Origin: a virus
Lineage: Duplodnaviria > Caudoviricetes
Direction: 5' to 3' (one strand)
Length of the DNA: 26,266 bases
IMG/VR virus record: IMGVR_UViG_3300032250_000532
Span: 1 to 26,266 of that record
Shown one piece after another: positions 25,440 through 26,266 of the stretch. The notes below the pieces were generated by a model. It saw nothing but the letters and a program-made list of their open reading frames with translations, made no database searches and was not told the origin of the DNA. A program made the translations under genes and the position numbers. Position 1 is the stretch's first letter; each line of letters opens with the position of its first letter.

Positions 25440-25821
25440 GATTGCCCTCCGTGAGCTTGAAATACTGGTCGATGGCGTCGCAGCGGCGGGCGAAGACCTT
25501 GTCCTCAAGCCGCAGCCGGATCGCCATCAGGTGCAGGTGCATGATCGTGGTGTGATGCCGATCGCCGAGCGCGCGGCCGATCTTGGGGTAGCTGACCGGT
25601 TCGCTGGGAACCGCGCGCAGCACCCATGTCACCAGCGCCCGCGCCTCGACCAGGAGCGGCGCCCGCCGCGGCGAGATCAGCGCGGTCTCCTCGATCGAGT
25701 AGAGCGCGGCCACGATGCGGATGACCGTGAACGGGCCGACCCTGAGGCGGGTGACGCCGCGCTCAAACATCTCGACGACGTTGAGCTGCTCGGCGAGCGT
25801 GATTGGTTGGGGCGCGTTCAT
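25414..25821 (-). CDS. Stand-alone DnaA domain IV-like helix-turn-helix protein
   Basis: Start MNAPQ at 25821; SPRR...AR and SYPKIGRALGDRHHTTIMH resemble the DnaA C-terminal RDHTTV motif. Confidence 0.75.
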   Translation of the reverse strand: MNAPQPITLAEQLNVVEMFERGVTRLRVGPFTVIRIVAALYSIEETALISPRRAPLLVEARALVTWVLRAVPSEPVSYPKIGRALGDRHHTTIMHLHLMAIRLRLEDKVFARRCDAIDQYFKLTEGNHGRIPAFG

Positions 25822-25958
25822 GACAGCAGCCCTCCCCACAGCAGCGCCAGCACCGTGCCCCATACCGCCGCATTCGCCGCGACGAGGAAGTCGATGTGCA
25901 GCGGCGTTTTCTCCTGCTCGCGCGCCTCGGCAAGCACCTTGCGGATTGCCTGGATCAT
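25818..25958 (-). CDS. Small membrane peptide (46 aa), not in the ORF track
   Basis: MIQAIRKVLAEAREQEKTPLHIDFLVAANAAVWGTVLALLWGGLLS; GGAGG RBS; ATGA overlaps at both ends. Confidence 0.65.
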   Translation of the reverse strand: MIQAIRKVLAEAREQEKTPLHIDFLVAANAAVWGTVLALLWGGLLS

Positions 25959-26218
25959 GCCGGCCTCCCGCGACTGGCCACTTCGGCAAGGAACGCAGCC
26001 ACTTCGTCAGCGGCGGCTTCGGACTGGCCCAGCTCAGTCACGCCCATCGACCATTTTCCCGTCGGGCAAGCGGCAAGCGATGCCAGGCGGAAGTCGCACT
26101 TGTGCTTGGGATACGGCATGTAAAGCACAACCGATGCTGACCACCCGTTGGCGAAGTTGAATCGCATCCGAGGGTGACCGAGCTGCGGATCAAGGTCCGC
26201 TTCGAACTGGACGCTCAT
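25955..26218 (-). CDS. Hypothetical protein (87 aa, FNFANGWSASVV)
   Basis: ATG 26218 with GGAGG RBS and ATGA overlap. Confidence 0.65.
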   Translation of the reverse strand: MSVQFEADLDPQLGHPRMRFNFANGWSASVVLYMPYPKHKCDFRLASLAACPTGKWSMGVTELGQSEAAADEVAAFLAEVASRGRPA

Positions 26219-26266
26219 GCCGCGCCTCCCCGGCTCGAGAGCTGCGTCCACGCATCGCGCAGATCG
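26215..26266 (-). CDS. 3' end of an upstream ORF (…DLRDAWTQLSSRGGAA*)
   Basis: Open frame ending in TGA overlapping the ATG at 26218. Confidence 0.45.
   Translation of the reverse strand, partial: DLRDAWTQLSSRGGAA

Larger units (their letters stand above)
1..26266 (-). mobile_element. Mu-like (probably transposable) siphoviral prophage, middle and late regions; both ends outside the window
   Basis: Contiguous, translationally coupled minus-strand phage genes in Mu order: GemA, Mor/C, lysin, gp25-26-27-28, then head and tail. No tail sheath gene. Transposase not in window. Confidence 0.9.

Noticed and set aside
4090-26160. Many other plus-strand ORFs (e.g. 4846-6402, 14922-16460, 17972-19876, 19696-21126) and alternate-frame minus ORFs
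   Set aside because: They fully overlap well-supported minus-strand genes and lack RBS or domain signal; expected from the scarcity of stop codons at high GC.
1-26266. CRISPR array, tRNA/rRNA, DGR template/variable repeat, invertible segment, IS element
   Set aside because: I saw no spaced repeats, cloverleaf, reverse transcriptase, invertase or transposase in this window.
1-26266. Gene transfer agent interpretation
   Set aside because: GemA, Mor/C, gp25-28 and accessory genes indicate a Mu-like prophage rather than an RcGTA-type cluster.

Overview
The whole window is a GC-rich prophage segment read on the minus strand (right to left). It starts with small semi-essential genes (a stand-alone DnaA-domain-IV-like HTH, GemA/gp16, several unknowns) and a Mor/C-family activator. 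Next come a lysis cassette (GH108 endolysin, small membrane peptide, holin-like gene) and Mu-type gp25/gp26/gp27(TerS)/gp28(TerL) genes. The head module is not Mu-type but HK97-type: a portal fused to a Mu-F/SPP1-gp7-like domain, an HK97-type prohead protease and major capsid. Head-tail joining genes and a non-contractile tail follow (tube, frameshifted chaperone, 731-aa tape measure, distal tail, hub, NlpC-like, tip, a multidomain fibre with an SGNH esterase, and a second fibre-like gene cut by the window edge). Highlights: (1) a two-gene insert between head-tail adaptor and stopper whose first gene looks like an Acb2/Tad1-type helical-hairpin nucleotide sponge (anti-defence candidate); (2) the Mu/HK97 chimeric packaging-head module; (3) three copies of a dyad late-promoter motif, two exactly 33 nt from an ATG; (4) multi-hairpin RNA elements after the capsid and tail-tube genes; (5) a candidate Mu-style strong gyrase site. 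All family assignments are by eye from motifs and gene order; no searches were run. No transposase or prophage end is in the window. An alphaproteobacterial host is a guess from GC content and tail gene style.
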